The position numbers and the translations under genes are program-made. The notes beneath the pieces were generated by a model, which made no database searches, had not been told where the DNA came from, and saw nothing but the letters and a program-made list of their open reading frames with translations. From Candidatus Heimdallarchaeum endolithica (GTDB taxonomy: Archaea > Asgardarchaeota > Heimdallarchaeia > Heimdallarchaeales > Heimdallarchaeaceae), in contig CP084167.1 in assembly GCA_021513715.1 (NCBI GenBank), forward strand, positions 2,112,001 through 2,176,000: DNA of 64,000 nucleotides, in the 5' to 3' direction. Below, in pieces: positions 59,800 through 64,000 of this stretch (position 1 is its first letter; each line of letters opens with the position of its first letter).

Positions 59800-62511
59800 T
59801 TATTTCTTTGTATCTTTTAATGCGGAATGAGCAGCAGCAAGTCTGGCTATTGGGACACGGTAAGGACTGCAAGAAACATAGTTTAATCCTATTTTGTGGC
59901 AGAATTCAATTGATTTTGGTTCACCACCTTGTTCCCCGCATATGCCTATTTCCAGATCTGGTTTTGTTAACCTTCCTTCACTTACACATAGTTGCATTAG
60001 TCTTCCTACGCCCACCTGATCTATTGTTACGAATGGGTCTGCTGGCATTATATCTAAACTTAGGTATTTGTTAATGAATGGCCCTGCATCATCTCTGCTA
60101 AATCCTAGTGTCATTTGATGTAGATCATTTGTTCCGAAGCTGAAGAATTCTGCTCCTTCTTCTCCTTTTGCTATATCTGCTGCTGTTATTGCTGCTCTTG
60201 GTACTTCTATCATTGTTCCTACTAGATATTTGAATTCTACTCCTTCTTCTTTCATTATCTCTTTAGCTATTCTATCGATTATTTTTCTTTGATGCTTAAA
60301 CTCTGTTTCAAATCCTACTAATGGTACCATTACTTCTGGCATCACTTCTATTCCTTTTTTCTTAACTTTTGCAGCTGCTCTGAATATTGCTCTACTTTGC
60401 ATTTCTGTAACTATAGGCATAGTTATTCCTAGTCTGCATCCTCTTAGTCCTAGCATTGGGTTTTGTTCTTTCATTAGACGTACGTGTTCTAGCATATTGT
60501 ATTGTTCTTTTAGATCTTCTTCTGTTTTTCCTGCTAATCTTGCTTCATAAATCTCTATTAGTAATTCTTCTTCACTTGGTAGAAATTCATGCAATGGTGG
60601 ATCAATTAATCTGATTATTACTGGTCTTCCTTCTGCTGCTTCGAATAATCCTTCGAAATCTTTTTCTTGGAATGGTTCTAGTTTATCTACTGCTATTTTT
60701 CTTTCCTCTTCAGAACGTGCTAATATCATTTCTCTTACTATGTCTAAGTGGTCAAAGAACATATGCTCTGTTCTGCATAACCCTATTCCTGTTGCTCCAA
60801 ATTCTATTGCTTTTCTGAATTGGTCTGGCTTATCTGCGTTTGCTCTTACTTTTAATTTTGCATATTCATCTGCCCATTCAAGTATTTTTTGCATTCCTTC
60901 TGGTAATTCTGCTGGAGTAGTTGGTAGTTTTCCTTGGTAGATTGCTCCATCTGTTCCATCAATTGTTATCCATTCTCCTTCTTTGACTACTAATCCATTT
61001 CCACGAACTTCTTTAGCTTCAAGATCAATAGTTATTCCTCCTCTTTCACTACCAACAATACATGCTTTTCCTATTTGTCTAGCTACTATTGCTGCGTGTG
61101 AAGTTAATCCTCCTTTCATTGTTAGAATTCCTTTTGATGCAGCCATACCATGAAAATCTTCTGGAGTTGTTTCTACTCTAACTAGTATTGTATCTTCTCC
61201 TCTGTCTGCAGCTTCTTTTGCCCCATCAGCTGTAAAATATGCAATTCCACAAGCAGCTGCAGCTCCAGCAGGTAATCCTTTTCCAAGTTGCTTTTTCTTT
61301 AATTCTGCTTTTATGCTTTTTATTGGAGCATTTGGATTTATTTGAGCCCAATTAATGCTAGGAAACAGACAATTGTCTACGTCACTTGCACTAATCCTCA
61401 ATATTGCTTCTTCCTTGGTTATTAATCCTTCTTGTACTAGATCATAAGCAATTTTTCCTGCGGCTATACCTGTTCTTTTTCCATTTCTTGTTTGTAGAAG
61501 ATATAGTTTTCCTTGTTGAATAGTAAACTCCATGTCTTGCATATCTCTATATCTATTTTCTAACAATTGAGCTAGTTCTATTAATTGATTGTAAACTTCT
61601 GGCATATGATCCTTTAAGTGGCTTATTGGTTCAGGAGTTCGGATTCCTGCAACTACATCTTCACCTTGAGCATTTACTAAATATTCACCATAAACTTGCT
61701 TATCTCCGGTAGAAGGATTTCTTGTAAATGCAACACCTGTTGCTGAGTCATCTCCCATATTTCCAAAAACCATAGTTTGGACATTTACTGCTGTTCCTAG
61801 ATCATGGCTAATTCCATGATAATTGCGGTAGTCAATAGCTCTTTTATTGTTCCAGCTATTAAATACTGCTCTTATTGCTTTATCTAACTGTTCTTTTGGA
61901 TCTTGTGGGAATGGTTCTCCTAGATGTTCTTCATATACTTTTTTGTTTATCTCAACTAGTTCTTTTAATGCTTCTGCACTAAGTTCTGAATCGAATTTTA
62001 CTCCTTGCTTTTCTTTCATTTTTTCTAATTCTTTTTCAAAATAATCTTTAGAGAGTCCCATTACAACATCTGCGAACATATAAATAAAACGTCTATATGC
62101 GTCGTAAGCAAAACGTGGATTACTAGTCTTTTTCGCTAGTCCTTCGACAGATACATCATTTAATCCTAGATTAAGTACAGTATCCATCATTCCAGGCATA
62201 GATATTGCAGCACCACTTCTTACGGAAACTAAAAGAGGATCTTTATTATCTCCCAACTTTTTACCATTAACTTGTTCTAGTTCAGTTAAGGCTTCCTCTA
62301 TTTGTTCACTTAACCCTTCAGGATACTCATTGTTATTAGCTAGAAAATGTAAACAAGCTTTTGTAGAAATTACAAAACCTGGAGGAACAGGTAGACCTAA
62401 GCTAGTCATTTGGGCTAGATTTGCTCCTTTACCACCCAACAAGTTTTTCATTTCTGCAGAACCTTCACATTTTTCCTTTGAAAAAAATCTATAGACGTAT
62501 TTTTCACTCAT
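59800..62511 (-). CDS. ppdK: Pyruvate, phosphate dikinase
   Basis: LLGGKGANL, SVRSGA, GLTSHAAIVAR, GLCRTEHM, FSFGTNDL. Confidence 0.97.
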   Translation of the reverse strand: MSEKYVYRFFSKEKCEGSAEMKNLLGGKGANLAQMTSLGLPVPPGFVISTKACLHFLANNNEYPEGLSEQIEEALTELEQVNGKKLGDNKDPLLVSVRSGAAISMPGMMDTVLNLGLNDVSVEGLAKKTSNPRFAYDAYRRFIYMFADVVMGLSKDYFEKELEKMKEKQGVKFDSELSAEALKELVEINKKVYEEHLGEPFPQDPKEQLDKAIRAVFNSWNNKRAIDYRNYHGISHDLGTAVNVQTMVFGNMGDDSATGVAFTRNPSTGDKQVYGEYLVNAQGEDVVAGIRTPEPISHLKDHMPEVYNQLIELAQLLENRYRDMQDMEFTIQQGKLYLLQTRNGKRTGIAAGKIAYDLVQEGLITKEEAILRISASDVDNCLFPSINWAQINPNAPIKSIKAELKKKQLGKGLPAGAAAACGIAYFTADGAKEAADRGEDTILVRVETTPEDFHGMAASKGILTMKGGLTSHAAIVARQIGKACIVGSERGGITIDLEAKEVRGNGLVVKEGEWITIDGTDGAIYQGKLPTTPAELPEGMQKILEWADEYAKLKVRANADKPDQFRKAIEFGATGIGLCRTEHMFFDHLDIVREMILARSEEERKIAVDKLEPFQEKDFEGLFEAAEGRPVIIRLIDPPLHEFLPSEEELLIEIYEARLAGKTEEDLKEQYNMLEHVRLMKEQNPMLGLRGCRLGITMPIVTEMQSRAIFRAAAKVKKKGIEVMPEVMVPLVGFETEFKHQRKIIDRIAKEIMKEEGVEFKYLVGTMIEVPRAAITAADIAKGEEGAEFFSFGTNDLHQMTLGFSRDDAGPFINKYLSLDIMPADPFVTIDQVGVGRLMQLCVSEGRLTKPDLEIGICGEQGGEPKSIEFCHKIGLNYVSCSPYRVPIARLAAAHSALKDTKK

Positions 62512-62625
62512 TCATTAAGCACCTTTTGTAAATGTAGTTTTTATATGGCTAATTGCACTCTCGAGTGCGGTCTTTTGAACATTTTGATTAATGAAAAAAT
62601 TAAACGAAAAAAAGTATGAAAAAAT

Positions 62626-63060
62626 TTATCCTCCAGTTTTTTTCTTATACAAGAGCACTATAACTACATACCAAATTAAAACAAATATTGAAGCTATTAC
62701 TTCAATTTTTTGTGCAGAATTTACATCAAAAGTAAATCTTGTTGCATAGTCAAATAAATACAAACTTAGAGCTGCAAAGGCAATTATAAAACCAGCTACT
62801 ATTCCTTCAATTAGAAATTGTGCTTGTGTTGCAGGGTAAACAAAAAGAGGTTGTCCTTGCGATCCACTTCCTAATGGAGCAATATAATCCTTATTTACAA
62901 TATCATAAGCTCCACCGCTGAAAATGTAAAATATTATTCCATATACTATAAAATACCAAACACTCTGTGGAATTTCAGTAGGTATTCGAAATGTTATTTG
63001 ATGAAGATTAAATTTAGGTCTTCTTATGCCTGGAAGTATCCACGGTAATCTTTTCGTCAT
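62626..63060 (-). CDS. Oligosaccharyltransferase OSTC/OST3-OST6-like membrane subunit
   Basis: FSGGAYDIVN...P...QFLIEGIVAGF; three TM helices. Confidence 0.7.
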   Translation of the reverse strand: MTKRLPWILPGIRRPKFNLHQITFRIPTEIPQSVWYFIVYGIIFYIFSGGAYDIVNKDYIAPLGSGSQGQPLFVYPATQAQFLIEGIVAGFIIAFAALSLYLFDYATRFTFDVNSAQKIEVIASIFVLIWYVVIVLLYKKKTGG

Positions 63061-63294
63061 AATATTCTCATTTTTTGAAAAACGTTGGTTCTTTTAAACA
63101 TTTCGCACTACGAGATAAACGTTTTTTATTGATTTTTTATTTAAATTTCTCGTATAAGTTTGTATCTTACTTTATTTGACTTTTTTTGGATAATCAAAGA
63201 ATAAATGAAAATTGTGTTTTATTATAATACATATTGCTTAAATTTTGTCATTATTAATAATATTTATAACTAAAAATCTAACAGTCCAATCAAG

Positions 63295-63603
63295 GTGAAT
63301 AATGAGATGGATTTAAACCGGAGTATTAGAATCGCCGTGGATACGGGTAAAGTCGATTTTGGTGCAAAATCAGCTATTAATGCACTATTGAACAATAAAG
63401 CTAAATTAGTTATTATTGCCGAAAATACACCAGAAAAAATAAAATTAGATATTGAATATTATGCTGAAATGTCAAATACACCCGTTTTAACATTTCCTAG
63501 TTCAACATTAGATCTTGGTGCTACTTGTGGAAGACCACATTTTGTTTCTGCTTTAACCATTTATGAAACAGGAGACAGTGACATATTAAATGCAGTACAA
63601 TAA
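63295..63603 (+). CDS. rpl30e: Ribosomal protein eL30
   Basis: AVDTGKV, AKLVIIA, LGATCGRPH, GDSDIL. Confidence 0.95.
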   Translation: MNNEMDLNRSIRIAVDTGKVDFGAKSAINALLNNKAKLVIIAENTPEKIKLDIEYYAEMSNTPVLTFPSSTLDLGATCGRPHFVSALTIYETGDSDILNAVQ

Positions 63604-63676
63604 ATGTACTGATTTTTTTCTGTATTTTTTGCTTTAATGTTATGAATTTAATTTAGATCGAATAAAAAATTAAAAA

Positions 63677-64000
63677 TTAGTAATGAGAAATTGAACCTTT
63701 TTTCTGAACGATTAAATAGACTTTCTTGTATAACCAACTGAATAGACATACTAATGCAAAAGAATAAAGCAATAATATAATAATTGCACTCCAAACTGTT
63801 GTATTTGACAGCACTGCTCCAGTAAACATTATCTCTCTGAAGGCTGATATGGCTTGTGTTAAGGGGGAAGCTAAAGCTATGACTTGAAGAAATTTTGGAA
63901 ATACTGATATTGGATATAAAATTCCTCCCAAAAAGTGTAGTAAACCTGAAATAGCTAGAGCAATTTCTCTTCCTCTTTTCAAAACTACAACTAATAGAGA
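63677..64000 (-). CDS. ABC-2-type permease, C-terminal part (starts beyond the window)
   Basis: FLGGILYPISVFPKFLQVIALASPLTQAISAFR. Confidence 0.85.
   Translation of the reverse strand, partial: SLLVVVLKRGREIALAISGLLHFLGGILYPISVFPKFLQVIALASPLTQAISAFREIMFTGAVLSNTTVWSAIIILLLYSFALVCLFSWLYKKVYLIVQKKGSISHY

Noticed and set aside
62553-62572. Small GC hairpin upstream of ppdK
   Set aside because: Too short to assign a function.

Overview
AT-rich archaeal chromosome segment, most likely from an Asgard archaeon. This is an inference from a Rab-like GTPase, an OSTC/OST3-like protein, a His-less EF-2 paralog, PolD and FtsZ; a Heimdallarchaeia-like lineage is only a guess. In order, the window holds: a type I-B-like cas operon (cas6-cas8-cas11-cas7-cas5-cas3, minus strand, running off the left edge); a two-spacer CRISPR mini-array next to tRNA-Cys; the uL1-uL10-P1 operon; a membrane-anchored HerA/VirB4-like ATPase; a complete IS5-family element; a Rab-like GTPase; the eS19-PDCD5-eL39-eL31-eIF6 cluster; ftsZ; an (AAGAG)54 microsatellite; and an unlinked 23S rRNA gene with two bulge-helix-bulge (BHB) introns. 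After these come housekeeping genes (tgtA, cdd, ppa, pckG, uS10, aEF-2 paralog, orc1/cdc6, a MoxR-VWA pair, Lsm, intein-containing PolD DP2, nadE, ppdK, eL30), two small RNAs, an intron-containing tRNA-Thr and a free-standing LAGLIDADG gene. The most notable observations are four. (1) The leader-proximal CRISPR spacer is a structure-preserving variant of the tRNA-Cys gene about 220 bp away. (2) A U_UUU_UUC slippery site could fuse MoxR and VWA by -1 frameshifting. (3) A canonical ORB with nine TTCAC motifs lies upstream of polD (candidate origin). (4) An unannotated K-loop hairpin RNA. All calls were made by eye; no database search was run.
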